This document shows positions 28,560 through 41,960 of a stretch of 64,000 nucleotides of DNA, piece after piece. The position numbers were made by a program, and so were the translations under genes. The notes below the pieces were generated by a model. The model saw only the letters and a list, made by a program, of their open reading frames with translations. It did no database searches and was not told the origin of the DNA. Every line of letters starts with the position of its first letter. Within the stretch, counting starts at the first letter, position 1. The stretch comes from Octopus vulgaris. Lineage: Eukaryota. The stretch is from assembly GCA_951406725.2 (NCBI GenBank), contig OX597816.1, positions 91,202,001-91,266,000 of the forward strand. Reading direction: 5' to 3'.

Positions 28560-29260
28560 GTATCAAGTCACTTACTGTGACCTCAAATATCTAGAAACTA
28601 TCTTATGATTCTCCTTGTTCCTAATAAACAAGCTTTTTCTATTCAATCCCAATCTCCTTAACCATACTTCCAGCTTGCTGGTCACTGTACCCTGGGATAT
28701 GACAATGATAGGAATGACTTGAACCTTCTTTTTGTACTTTTTTCTTTCAATCTCAGTCTGTAAGTCTTAGTATCTATCTGTGTTATCTGATTCATTTTCA
28801 GTCACTTTGGTATCGAGGAGACATGCAATATCTTTCAATAAGCAAGCTCTCTTATTTAGGACGATTATTTCGGACCTAGAATTTTCGACTGCGTTGTCAA
28901 GTCTGTATCTTCATGCCCCACAGTATTTTGTTATTTCTTAAGCTCCTTTTCCGCTTTGTGTTCGTACCATTTTTCTGCATAGTCAAAGAAGAATTTTTGA
29001 CAAAGTTTCGAATGGAGGATATCTGTAGTTCTGTCATGTCACCATTTTTGTTGGTTTTTTTTGTGCAAATTTTGGGTACTCATTATGTACGGCAGTCTTA
29101 TCTTATATGTTGCTGTGTCTACAGTTACCATCAATGTTCTCTTTCGCAATCAATTCTCTTATATGCCTTGACCTGAATACTTGAATTGTAGTGCTATGAT
29201 CAACTTTTCGTTTTGCCTATTTAAGCTACCTCTCTTTAGCCAATCCAATGTTTTGCTTTT
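28560..29260 (-). mobile_element. R4/Dong-like LINE 3' relic
   Basis: Minus-strand DLQTEIER..KKVQVIPIIVISQGTVTSKLEVWL and WLKRGSLNRQNEKLIIALQ. Confidence 0.75.
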
Positions 29261-29789
29261 TGAACTCCTGCAAGGCAAACAAAACAGAAATGTCATTGGA
29301 GTGAAGGAGTGGGTTACACTTGACGAATTTATTAGCATCTCAGATAATTTCAATTGCAAAGAATGCAAACTACTGCAAGCAGTTGTCAAAAGTGGCGAAA
29401 ATAAACTAGCGGATGAGATGAGGTTCCGATAAAATTACATTATGACCACCAAAACCCAAAAGCCTAGTAGCATCCCAAAAGTTTGAAGGAGTTCGTACAT
29501 CATACAGACGAAATATTCTTAAGAGGTGAGAGTAGGGTGTTTTGCACTAGTACAGTCAACGGTACCACAAAGGAGACTTTTAATGAGAACTATATCAATA
29601 GTGTATCGCTCCAAGAAGAAGCGTTTCCTCCGTGATGTGGAACATTTAAAAAATAAGCCAAGAAAGTTTGAGAGGGCTCTTACAAGAGCTCGAAAAATGA
29701 TTAATTACCATTAAGTCAGATTAAACTATTCTCACCCTTTTGTTTTTGTATTTTCTAATGTTTGCGCAAAGAATAAGCAATATAAATCC

Positions 29790-30300
29790 ACATAGCCTGG
29801 TTTTGGTGCGAATAAAATATATTTGCTTCATGATCTCAAGTAATTTGTTCTCGTAAATGTAGTCATTTGAGAGACCAAGACATCCGAGACTACTGCGCTT
29901 GTACTAGGGTCGACCCGGTTCAAGTGTTGTGACAGTGCTATTTCGAAAAGCTCCAGATCTATAGGTACTTCTGGATGGTCACTTGTAATCACATAGATGG
30001 CACGTCGGGGGTTTTAGATGTGAGCAACAACAGGGGGCAGGGTCTGGATTTCTTTAAGCATCAAGTGACATTCCTAGAAATATCTGTCATTAGTATTAGT
30101 GGGCGATTTAAAAGGCTTCGTTGACTCACACAAGGGCTGTGTGTTGGAAACTGATACAAAGAGCAAAGGCTTCGCAAACCTTCTGAGGATGTCAAATTTT
30201 GTAACAGATTGCTCTCGACGGTTGCGCGCCAACTTTTGGACTGGGCAGCATTGACAACTATTCAGACATACCGGCCAGAAGCGCATAGCTCCTTTTAGGC
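29790..30300 (+). mobile_element. Tx1/L1-like APE endonuclease relic
   Basis: Frameshifted VVTVLFRK, DFFKHQVTFLE and SLVLVGDLKGFVDSH (GDFN-type motif). Confidence 0.55.
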
Positions 30301-30467
30301 CAGATGTCCAAGTTGGCTCGGCGATGCTAAAAACAACAGGAACGAAAATCTGTTGAAAAGATATAACATTTCCGTGAGGGGGGGGGCAAAGAAGAGTTGC
30401 CTTCTATGGATCGATGTCAGCGGTGACCGAAGGGTGTCAGGCGTGTGTGTGTGTGCGCGCGCGCGCA

Positions 30468-30735
30468 TAGGCACGTGGCCTAGTGGTTAGACTGTTTCAC
30501 TCACGATCGCTAGATCGTAAGTTCGATTCCTAGAGCGAGCGGCGCATTGTGTTATTGCGCAAAACACACCATTTCAAGTTTCTCCAGCCCCACTTTCGTA
30601 CAGGGAGGGAATGTTGACCTACTCGCCTTGTCAGCGGGGTGTGGCGTCATTCGAAGGCTAAAACGAAGCAAAACGTATTGTGACCAGCGTCGTGTAACAT
30701 CATTCTATTAGCCTGGTCGGTTACGTAATCACGTG
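30468..30735 (+). mobile_element. tRNA-derived SINE (same family as 53825-54090)
   Basis: A box tggcctagtgg and B box gttcgattcc; body matches the reverse complement of 53825-54090. Confidence 0.85.
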
Positions 30736-31489
30736 GTCACCTGCTATGTGTGTGTGCGTGCGTCTGTGTCTGTGTTTGTGTGAGTGTGTGTATGTGTTTG
30801 TATGTGTAAGTTCGTGCGCGTGTATGCTTTGGCTGTAAGTCCTTCATGATTTCATGTTATTTTGGTTCATCTCACTAAAACAGTAGGTGAACAACTCGCA
30901 GCAATTCACTACAGACATGTGAAGGTGTGGCCACTGTGACAGTCACTCGAACTGAAAATAGCTATCAGTTTACTGTAAGCACCATACGTGCTTTGTGACA
31001 AGTTGATGAAGTCAAGCTATAATAATATAAAATACAAAAATAGATGTTGATGTGTTGATGCATATATGCGTTGTTCAACTGATACTACAACAATAAACCA
31101 TCATTAATTTAGTCTTATACACTGCTATTATCAGAGTGTACATTAATATCCTAACATACACACACACACACCCTCTCACTCTCTCTCTTAGTGGGTTTGT
31201 TTTAAGCTGCAGAACATTATTTTACTTGAATTGCTATTGTTATTCCATGCGGAATGTTATGAGAAAATGTTTTTCAGTGAATAATTCTTTGTAAGGAGAC
31301 CTAAATTTAATTTTAATAGTTAATTGAAACAATAATGAAGGAGTAATTCTACTTTTCAAAAGAAAAAGAAAAATGTTTTAAGCTACATGGGGGAAGTGGG
31401 TATAAATTCCGAAGCAAAAGGTTTGGGGAATATTTACGTTGGAAATTATTTAAGGATTAAGAGACCCATTTACATTCGTTTTTCTTCCA

Positions 31490-31884
31490 GATTCTTTTCT
31501 ACTCTAGGCACAAGGCCCGACATTTTTTGGGTGGGGGCCAGTCGATTAGATCGCCCCCAGTGCACAACTGGTACTTTATTTATCGACCCCGAAAGGATGA
31601 AAGACAAAGTCGATCTCGGCGGAATTTGAATTCAGAACGTAGCGGCAGAGAAAATACCTATTTCTTTACTACCCACAAGGGGCTAAACACGGAGGGGACA
31701 AACAAGGACAGACACACGGATTAGGTCGATTACATCGACCCCAGTGCGTAACTAGTACTTATTCAATCGACCCCGAAAGGATGAAAGGCAAAGTCGACCT
31801 CGGCGGAATTTGAACTCAGAACGTAATGGCTGGCGAAATTACCGCTAAGGATTTCGCCCGGCGTGCTAACGTTTCTGCCAGCTC
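31490..31884 (-). mobile_element. Nested or dimeric SINE (two cores with two different tails)
   Basis: Core atcgaccccgaaaggatgaaag.caaagtcga twice; 31658-31884 matches the reverse complement of 45011-45243. Confidence 0.88.
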
Positions 31885-31969
31885 CAGATTGCAGTTGTGT
31901 TTTAAATGTTGAAACATTATTTAACGTCAGGATTTATTTTCTATTTTTTTAACAACAGTCTGACTGGAT

Positions 31970-32370
31970 GAGATGCTCTGGATAAGAAGCTTGCTTTTCG
32001 ACCGTGCGGTCTTGGGTTCACTCCCACTGCGCTTCACCTTGGACGAGTATTTTCTACTATAGTCCCCAGACAATCAAAGCCTTGTGAGTGAATTTGGTAA
32101 CGGGAAGCTAAAGGAAGCCAGTCATGCGCGCGCATATGTGTACGTGAATGCGTTTATGAGTGTCTATGTGTTTCTTCACCACTTGAAAACTGGTGTTTGT
32201 TTGCGTCCCGGCAATTTGGCAACTTAGTGGTTTGGCAAAAGACACCTATAGAACAAGAGCCAGGCTTTAAAAAAATAAATATTGGATTGATTTGTTCGAA
32301 TAAAACTTTCAAAGCGGTGCCCCAGCATGACCGCAGTCCAGTGACTGAAACAAGTAAAAGATTAAAGAAT
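31970..32370 (+). mobile_element. tRNA-derived SINE (family shared with 43283-43432 and 61189-61535)
   Basis: taagaagcttgct...gggttca.tcccactgcg..caccttgg...ttctactatag...caaagccttgtgagtg; tail gcagtcca.tgact. Confidence 0.8.
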
Positions 32371-32936
32371 AAATTAACTATTTTGCTATTTATCTAATAA
32401 TAATTAGATCTCGTTATATATTCGTAAACGTTGACTCCAATACTATAAAATAAGTCTTAGCAACTATTTTACTTCCTCTGATTTTATAGAAAAAATGCTT
32501 CCTTCAAATACTAACCAACATCGTCAAAATTACTTATCCATTTATTAATTACTAATATTTGCGCCTAGAATAACAATAGTATTTATGCAACGAACCGTAA
32601 AGATGGCTCTTTTTACTCCATTTAAATTGATATATCCACTGTGCTACCAGCTGCTTTATGATGATGAGTAAAGCTGTGTATGTGTAAAGCAATCCCAGGA
32701 AAGAATGAAATACCTATATAGCAAGTGTTTACTGTTATTTCTGACAGCTTAGGTATGTGATAGCGTACGACCAAATATGCGCTTTTAATCGAATATGTGT
32801 TTATGCATGCGTGTATATTGTAAAGTTATTTTACGATTATATGAAATAGGGAAGTACAGAGAAATTAGGTTTTCGAGAATTTATAAATCTTATTCCTGTC
32901 ATGGTGTGCGTGTTCGCGCTTGTGGTTTTATGTACA

Positions 32937-32987
<51 letters not shown>

Positions 32988-34068
32988 TATGTGTAGGTGT
33001 GTATATGCGCTTGTATGTTTGTGTGTGTACCAATGCATTTGACCAGAGCTACATCGTAAGCAACGATAATATTTTTCAAATAAACCAATTCAACCAACTG
33101 GTCAGTAAACTGCAGGTCATCAAGTACAGCACGTTGCTACATCGAATGCTCCTGTTTCTGGTTCAGTGCTTCCTTAAATGTTCTTTTTCAGAACAAGCGG
33201 AGTTTCTTTAATTTATGAAAGTTTCTGAAGTAAAATAATAGACAGGCTTGGCAAACCAAGGTTAAAATTATTTGCCTTAGATTTAATATTGAAGCAAGAC
33301 ATGTATTTAAGTTGGGTTTCGAAGTTTAAAGGTGAGGCCAGACATAATGTGCCGCTGATGTTATTGTTAACTGCAGGTTAGCCTTGGTTGAGCAGACCTG
33401 TGATCAAAGGTGTTACAGTTGTGATAATCCCCTCTTTATGTTTATTTATGACTACATTTTTCAGCGTGGCCGTCCTGATCTTTACAAACATATGGTGTGG
33501 TTTTTCAGAGAACTTAGCTGCTATTTCTAGCACACGGATGCTCTCTCATTGTAGTGGTTCCCGTGTTGTTTTCGTGTTTGGGGTGTCCTCAGGTTTCATA
33601 TGATATTCCTGTTAAATTTGGGAGGAATGCGGTTGGGATTTAACAAAAACAAAAAAAGAAACAAAACAATAGTTGTGCTTGAAGGGACAGAATTTAACTG
33701 TAAACAATGTAATATCTTGAGGTGTATAGTGAAAGATTAGTATTTAGAGGACAGGTTTACTGCTTATGGTTTATATATAGCACCAGTGCTCGCCCCACCC
33801 CTACACTCTTCAGAGTAGTGGGTGGCGAGAGGGGACTGATTGAATGCTTGACAACTACGGCTCTAAATGTGCCCAGCGTAGTAGAATACCTACTTAGCTG
33901 CTCAAATCCGTTGCTAGATCTTTGCTAAGTTCCTATTCTACCTTGCTTTGGTGTTTACGTACTTGTCCGAATTAGTTACTTGATTATCTGTGAATACTGT
34001 ATGTGATAGACAAGCTTCCTATCTAATCATGCACCTACCCACACAATCTCAGTGTGTGTATGTGTGTA

Positions 34069-34100
<32 letters not shown>

Positions 34101-34319
34101 TGTGAGTGAGAACGGAAACTGGCGTTTTGAGAATTTCGTTTGCCAAATATTGACAATTTGGACAAGACGGTTGTTGATGGTCTCTCTATCTTGTCAATAG
34201 AAAGTTAATATCGTGAATTAACAAAAAACTTCCAAAGAGCTGGAACAAATACTACGAAATATTTTAGCCAATGTTGTTCAGATACGATTCTGCCAATGCA
34301 ACGCTTTCACAACTTAACG

Positions 34320-34460
34320 GATTCTTTTCTACTCTAGGCACAAGGCCCGAAATTTTGCGGGAGGGGGCCAGTCGATTAGATCGATCCCAGTACGAAACTG
34401 GCACTTAATTTATTGACTCTGAAAGGATGAAAGGCTAAGTCGACCTCGGCGGAACTTGAA
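34320..34460 (-). mobile_element. 5'-truncated SINE
   Basis: Near-identical to 31490-31630. Confidence 0.85.
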
Positions 34461-34702
34461 ACACACACACAACTTCACAGGTTGCGAATGGAAAGTCATG
34501 CATGTTGAGATTTGACTTCATTTGATTGTTTCAAGATAAGTTGATGGAAACCTGACATCAAGTTGGCCATTGGTGGTTTCAAAAGTTGGTTGAGGGGAGT
34601 TAGTTTTGATGTTTGTACATCGCACTTATGATTGTTGCGAATGGCAAAAGTTTTGGAGCTGCAGCGTTTTGTTTTGCTTTCGAGAGAGAGAGAGAGAGAG
34701 CG

Positions 34703-34756
<54 letters not shown>

Positions 34757-35485
34757 TCACGATTTACTATTTAGCACTCCGAGATCTGGACTGGTATACC
34801 GAATGAATCCCTCTTGAGTAAGCTCTGATGATGAATACGTTGGATTCACATTGCCACTGCATTTTGTGAAATATTATTGCACTACTTGGGCGTACGTCCA
34901 TACATTTACAATTCTAGTTTAGAATGTGATACATTCTATGTATTTATCTATCCTTCCACCTGTATGCATCGTTCCCCACCACACGCACATTCCTCTTGTG
35001 TGCCTCTGTATGCTAGTATTTTTGTGGGGGTAAAGTCGAATGGCTAAGAATTCGTTCCCAGTATAATGTCTCAGTTTTAACGTTCCTGAGCTGCAACTTG
35101 AATAAGGATCTTCTTTCATAGCCCCGGTTCAGCCAAAACGTTATGAATAAAGCATGGTTGACTGAAATTGTGTCGAAACACATCAGATATACTGTAGCAG
35201 TAATTTAAAGTGCCAAGCTTGTCATACATGGCCATATTAATTCTGCCTCAAGATTACTAACTAACTTACTAACTAACGAACGAACGAACGAACGAACTAT
35301 ATATGTACATATATATATATATATATATATACATATTTCTCGATAAATTTTGAGCGTTAGACTATATACCAGAAATCCCTAGTTTGTCGGGTTCGTTCTG
35401 CGTCTGCGCAGTGATCTGATTAGTTAGAAAGAGCAAATTAGTAGACGCACATGTGTCTATCGAGTTGCGCTTCATAATAACAGGA

Positions 35486-35560
35486 ATCTTACTGAAGAGC
35501 CTACCTGAGTAAATAAATATTATTTTTATTGCTGAAAAAGGTGAAACTGCAGTCTAAGAT
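35486..35560 (+). ncRNA. Type-I hammerhead ribozyme with intact core
   Basis: AUCUUA-CUGAAGA-GCCU...AGGU-GAAA-CUGCAG-UC-UAAGAU: 6-bp stem I, palindromic stem III, GUC site (predicted cut after 35554). Confidence 0.8.
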
Positions 35561-35727
35561 GAACAGAGTTAGTAAAAGTTTTTATTTTCACTTCACTAAA
35601 TTTATCAAGCTTCTGTGTTTCTAGTACATACTTCGCCTTTAATGTACTTATATATGAATAATATATGGCCTGTGCTAGAAACACCAGCGATAACAATTAA
35701 TTTGATTTTATCGCATTTTGAATTTGG

Positions 35728-35758
<31 letters not shown>

Positions 35759-35771
35759 CATATATACATAC

Positions 35772-35818
<47 letters not shown>

Positions 35819-35846
35819 CATGTATGTATGTATGTATGTATGTATG

Positions 35847-35962
35847 ATCTAACCAGTCGGTTTCACGCAAGGAATACAATGGAGTGTTAGGTAACAATCC
35901 AACTGTATAACCTTACGCTCATCAGAGTTAGCCGATATGGACGGAAATATGGCGACTGCTCT
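35847..35962 (-). ncRNA. Hammerhead-bearing repeat (Penelope pseudo-LTR-like), copy A1
   Basis: Minus strand AACU-CUGAUGA-GCGUAAGG...CCUUGCGU-GAAA-CCGACUGG-UU-AGAU; homologous to 37275-37390 and 47215-47375. Confidence 0.7.
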
Positions 35963-36306
35963 TTATGGTCGAAGGTGAATTGGCACAACCAGTGAGCAGC
36001 TACTTGGAAAAAGAATGGTGAAACGAAAAAGGGCCAGAAGATTGGGTATGCTGTGAGGCCGGTAAGGTTTATTTCAAAGCATTTGTGGGGGGGGGTGGGT
36101 GCATTTCAGTAACAACGTGCTTATTCGGAATAAACATTCAGTACTGATTATACTCCGGTTAAATTTACAATTTAATGCAATTCGAAAACGCCCGCCATTT
36201 ATATAGATGTGTAAAGGGTGAACATTTCTATATGCTACGTTGGATACATTGGTTGTTCGTCTGGTATGTTGATTTTGTTCATTCGTTATAAATCTTAGAT
36301 TATGCT

Positions 36307-36364
36307 TGCACTGAGGATTAAAAAGTGCATTACTGCACTAATTATGAAATCACGGTGATATGCA
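36307..36364 (+). ncRNA. Type-I hammerhead-like motif
   Basis: UGCA-CUGAGGA-(stem II containing AGUGCA/UGCACU)-GAAA-UCACGGUGA-UA-UGCA; 10.1-11.1 is a U.U mismatch. Confidence 0.6.
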
Positions 36365-36528
36365 TTTTAAATTACTTGCTTTGTGAGTTGCATTCGGTAC
36401 GATGTGTTTATTCATTTTGTTAGTTTTGACTTTAAAAGTCCCTCCTAGCGTGTGGCATTTATGTATAGTAATATATATATATATGTATATATATACATAT
36501 ATGTATGTATATATGCATATATGTATAC

Positions 36529-36562
<34 letters not shown>

Positions 36563-36567
36563 GTATG

Positions 36568-36668
<101 letters not shown>

Positions 36669-36758
36669 ATATATATTATTTATCTTATTTATATATGATT
36701 GGAGACCATGCATGCATTTCCAAGTAAATTTATCTCTCTCTCTATATATATATATATA

Positions 36759-36806
<48 letters not shown>

Positions 36807-36814
36807 TGTGTGTA

Positions 36815-37125
36815 TAGGAAGAGGAGGTCCCTTCGGTCATGAATGACCATAGGATTGCACCTAGAAAGTTACCTTTCGAGGCACAAGTCCGGGCAAGGTT
36901 GTTGGTTGAAGGCCAGTAGTCGCCCATGCATACCAGCCTCCCCTCTCCACACCACTGATGTTATCCAAGAGAAAGACAAAGGCCGATACAGCTTGGCACC
37001 AGTGATGTCGCAACTCATTTCTACAGCTGAGTTAGCTGGAGCAACGTGAAATAAAGTGTCTTCCTCAAGAACACAACACGCAGCCCGGTCCGGGAATCGA
37101 TCTCACAACCTCACGATCATAAGCC
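36815..37125 (-). mobile_element. tRNA-derived SINE
   Basis: Reverse-complement B-box-like gatcgattcc and gtgttcttgag.aagacactttatttcacgttgctccag body related to 53985-54090. Confidence 0.8.
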
Positions 37126-37274
37126 TTCACATATATATATGAGTCGCCTAAGAGACCATAAGTCAGAGAAAAGATGCACTCGTATATCTGTCAATAGAGT
37201 GGGCATATTATCCGAAGTATCGTATATTTGTCAATAGAGTGGGTATACTATTCGAAGTATACATCTGCCTATAG

Positions 37275-37390
37275 AGAGCAGTCGCCATATTCCCTTCCAT
37301 ATTGGGTAACTCTGATGAGCGTAAGGTTATATTATCTTATTGTTACCTAACACTACATTGTACTCCTTGCGCTAAGCCGATTCTTAAGAT
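37275..37390 (+). repeat. Hammerhead-bearing repeat copy A2, core inactivated (GAAA changed to TAAG)
   Basis: Inverted homolog of 35847-35962; CTGATGA at 37312-37318; stem II gcgtaagg/ccttgcgc. Confidence 0.75.
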
Positions 37391-37669
37391 CAGCTCTGAT
37401 GTATATATAATACATTATATTTCGGGTAATGTATATAATACTATATATAATATGTATAATAATAATATATATAAATAATTATATAATATATATATATAAT
37501 TATATATATAATATATATAATTATATATAATACACATACACACACACACACACAATATCCATCAATCTTAGAGACTATGGTGAAAGTTTGTGGAGAAAGG
37601 ACGGAGATGAGGAGCCACTTCTGAAATAACTGTGAAATCCTGTCTTCACTCCGCTGCCTTAACCGCAGG

Positions 37670-37742
<73 letters not shown>

Positions 37743-37924
37743 GCATAAATGTATATATGTATGCGTGCATATATGTAGGTATGTATATATGTATGCATAT
37801 GTGTGTGTGTATGTATGTATGTATGTATGTATGTATGTATGTATGTATGTATGTATGTATGTATTTAAATATCTATATTAAATACATACAGCGCGCACGC
37901 GTATGTAATGTATATATTTATTAT

Positions 37925-38190
37925 GACTAGCAGAAAACCGCTTGGAGGATGGTGTTTCCGCTAATATGTACAACTAATACAATATTTACTGTCGTGCCTT
38001 ATAACATGTCTAATAAATGATTGATAGACTAATTAGTGTTGTATCTAGTAATATGAATGACTGATACAATAATTGCTGCCATATTTAGTAATATTATAAT
38101 TGATGTAATAATTATGTCATGTCTAGTATTATATATAATTGATAATTGGTGCGACAACTCCTGTCATGTCTTGTAACATGTATAGTTTGG
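37925..38190 (+). mobile_element. Possible Helitron-like non-autonomous fragment with a degenerate internal minisatellite
   Basis: Starts actagcagaaaaccgc; repeated catgtctagta-like units. Confidence 0.35.
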
Positions 38191-38671
38191 CATATATTTT
38201 TTATCAGACTCGGTCGAATATATTTCTGAAGTATAATTGGTCTTTTGAAATGTAAGTTTAATATACTCTATAGAATTCGCTTTATTGACGTTCGTCAATG
38301 ATAAAATCTTCGGTATTTCTAATTCTGATTTCATGAAATATTATGTGGGTTCATAGATTGCAGATGTCGCCATCATGGGGTATTTATTCATACAGTATAC
38401 CTAGGAATACCTAGGACTATCATTCAGTGTGTCTTTGTATATTCTTTTTTTTTGTGGATGTTAAGGTGTAATTTGAATGACATTTGGTTGATATTTCTAG
38501 ATGCAGGCTCTCTTATCGACCCGCTCAGTGGCAGAACACTCGCCTATCATTCAGCTGCTTATTACAAGGTTCAGTTCAATCGCTAGAGCCCTTGGTGTAA
38601 CATCACCGATGTATTTAAGCAGCTTTATTTAAGGAATCAGTTTTAAAAAATCGAAATGGATACTTCAAAAA

Positions 38672-39100
38672 TCGGCTTCAAATTTTGGAAAAAGGTCAGC
38701 AATTTCGGGTAAGGAACTAAGTCGATTACATCTACCCCTGTGTTCAACTGGTACTTATTTCATCGACCCCTAAAGGATAAAAGGTAAATACAGAATTTGG
38801 CAGCACTTGAACTCAGAGTCAGAGTAAATGCCATTAAGCATTTTGTCCGATGTGCTAATGATTCTGCCAGCTCACTGCCTTGCAGCTAAGTCATGAATAT
38901 TTATGTGTGTGTAGGTATGTACATGTGTGTGAATCAGTGCGTGTCTTTGTGTATCATCGTTTTGGCACCGTTTGAGCAACTGTGATATATGTTTACATGA
39001 AAGGCAAAATCGACCCCGGCAGAATATGAACTCAGAACCTAAGGACGGGCGATATGCCACTAAGCATTTAGCCCAACGAGCTAACGATTCTGCTACCTAA
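38672..39100 (-). mobile_element. Two degenerate SINE copies (38672-38880 and 38997-39100)
   Basis: Same core as the 10.3-11.1 kb array. Confidence 0.8.
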
Positions 39101-39380
39101 CCGACGTGGATACTTCAAATATTTCACATTAAAAACAGAATGACTCGCATTCATAACATGCCTACTCTGAATTGATATCCGTTTATATATTCCATTCACT
39201 ATCATCCTATAATTCGTCGTTTGCATAGAAGTATTTGAAAAATTGGTAATTTCATGAAGTGTTGAACTGTTGCAGAATTTCTTCCTAATTTCTTTTGTAT
39301 TTAACATTAGGAATACTCTGCTTTTTAATCCAAGCTAAATGACTTGATTTGGTAGATAGTTATAAGGTGATTAGATAAAG

Positions 39381-39472
39381 AACATCCGAGTTCTGTAATA
39401 TGGACTTTACTATGAAATAAGGCTTTAACATCCGAGTTCTGTAATATGGTCTTTACTATGAAATAAGGCTTT
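39381..39472. repeat. 46-bp tandem duplication
   Basis: aacatccgagttctgtaatatgg.ctttactatgaaataaggcttt twice, one mismatch. Confidence 0.95.
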
Positions 39473-40722
39473 GTCGTACCTTCCTTTTATACAAAACCTT
39501 ACAAAGCCCAACCTATGGTCGTGGGATTGTCCAGACTGTGTGAACTTTCCCATAAGTTCATTGACCATCTAAACGCTACTACTGACAAGTTTGTTTTCAT
39601 CTCTTCTGCTTCACTCATCAAACAGTGCTTACAGAAAAATGTACACCCTAGTTACATGCCACTAAAAGAAACGTGTCCTAATTAAACAAAATGTTCTAGA
39701 AAAACCTGGAAAATCCAATAGGGTTAACTTAATGACTGACTGTAAGGTAGTATTAGGATATAACAAGTCAGTCTCGACTGTTATCTGTTGGTTTATAGTG
39801 AAAGTGTATCTATTAACTTGCCAATTATCCCATTTTATTTGATATTATTTCAAATAGCTAACTCTGTTTCTGAGATTAACAACATAGTTGAAAATTGAAG
39901 AAAGTGATATTTAATAACACTTCAATATTACTTTCATGTAAATTAATTTCTAATAATAAAATTTCGACTACACACTAACCATGAGTATACGTATGTGTGA
40001 GATTATTTGTATTAGAGGAGTGTATGTTTCTCACATTTCCATTAGCATCTGCCGCGTCCGCTGTGCATAGATTGCGTAGTTCACATGAAACTAACCGTGA
40101 TATTTATTCAGCAATTCTATCCGATTCTTTGGCAGTAGAGATTTCTAGAATCTATATTTTCTTTGGAAATCTCAACCCCTGCTTATTTAAGCTAATATAA
40201 ACACATACATATACACACATACAAATATTATATATGTATTTAGGTATGTATGAATGTGCGTGTATGTCTATGAATGTCTGGGTGAGTATATATATATATA
40301 TGAGTTACAATTTCTTTTGTTTAGCAGGTCAAGTTTATTCGATTGCTCGTCGGTAACAAAATATTAACAATATGCAAGCAAAAATATAGAGTAAACTGAC
40401 GTGAGAGTTTATTATTCTCAGCTAGGGTTTGTTATTTAAGCAACATTCCCTTCATTTTAGCCATTCAGAGAAGCTGAACTTGTGAAATATTGTCGTTCTT
40501 TCACAATAAAAAATGTTGTTTGGGATTTTCATTGCTTATTCGCAAATAATTGCGTTAGCTACGATCTACCGACTACCACAAGATTGCCGCCATAAGCAAA
40601 AGAGAACAGAGGGAAAGATATTTTTAAAAGCCAATGTCTCGATTATTTACATGAAAATTACTGAAAAACAACTTTATTTTTTTGTCAGCCTAACCTCTCC
40701 TTGTCATTAAAAAGATATTATG

Positions 40723-40791
<69 letters not shown>

Positions 40792-41599
40792 TTCTTTCTG
40801 TGTGACCTTTACTTTTAAGGGTCATATGAAATCCCAACTAGCTTCCAGATCTATGACAACTATAAATCATCAGAGTAATATCAGTCCTGTTAAATACACA
40901 TGAATGGAAATAGTGGTAGTAATGTTTTATAGTTATTTTATTCAACGTATCTTTTTTATTCATTAAAGCTCTCTCTAGAAATGAAGGTACAGAAATTCGG
41001 TCACTGAACCTGCTAGATATAGCAGCCAAATCCTCTTCCCTCTAATCACCCACTGCTGTCTTTAAAAAACAAGAACACTGTGATTCTAGATTTAAGTTCG
41101 AAATTAAGACGCAGACAGTTGTCGCTGGAAAGACACTAACCTCATGTTTCCCAAACTTTTGCCAAATTGCAATATCGCCCACCTATTGACCAAAAGATGC
41201 TCCATCACCCACCTGTGTTAAAAAAAACCCTGACACAACCCTCACCAACACTGAATCCCGTAGGAGAACCCCGCTTCTATCATTTGACAAACAAACACAC
41301 ATACACACTATATCGTAGACTCGTTGCCCGGTTTGGACTAAATATGCATAGTTTACAAATCCCTTATAGTGAGTTTAGTTTTGCCATTAATGTTAATAAA
41401 ATTCTAACGTTAGTTCTATATTATGCAGCCAGATTAACTTCGGTAAACTTGCGTTTTCTTTTACACTGAGTTTTATTTTCCCCAAATGAACCATTTGAAG
41501 TTAGCTATCACACATTGGCTGAAGCAAAGAAGTTGTATTCTTGGGGATATATTCTATACTTACATTATCAAAAATATCAACTAAGTTCGCGGAAAAAGC

Positions 41600-41960
41600 C
41601 GTGCTTTGTTGGAAATGTGTCTGGCACTGTATCTTTCTACGACAGAACAAAAACGTTTGTAAACCCCTCTATGAAAGTCATCCGTACTTTCTTATTTGAA
41701 CGCCGAATCAGAGGTAGATTAAAGTTTGTGTAACCCTTGAAAGCCCTTGAATTTTCGGAGTGATACACGTGTAGGGGCTTTAATTTCATATCACCTGCGG
41801 CGTTTCCTCTCAAAAGAAGTGTGAGATGACTTTTGGCAGCTTTAAATCCTGATGTTGATTTTTCTTCCAGAAAAGTGCAGTTTCATCAACTTGCTCTGAT
41901 GTGTAGCTCCCTTCAACAATCATATTCTTCAACTGCTCATTTTAGCAATATAGCTTAATT
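41600..41960 (-). mobile_element. pogo/Tigger transposase relic (DDE_1 region)
   Basis: Minus-strand EQLKNMIVEGSYTSEQV-DETALFWKK...GFKAAKSHLTLLLRGNAAGDMKLKPLHVYHSENSRAFKG...LPLIRRSNKKVRMT. Confidence 0.9.
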
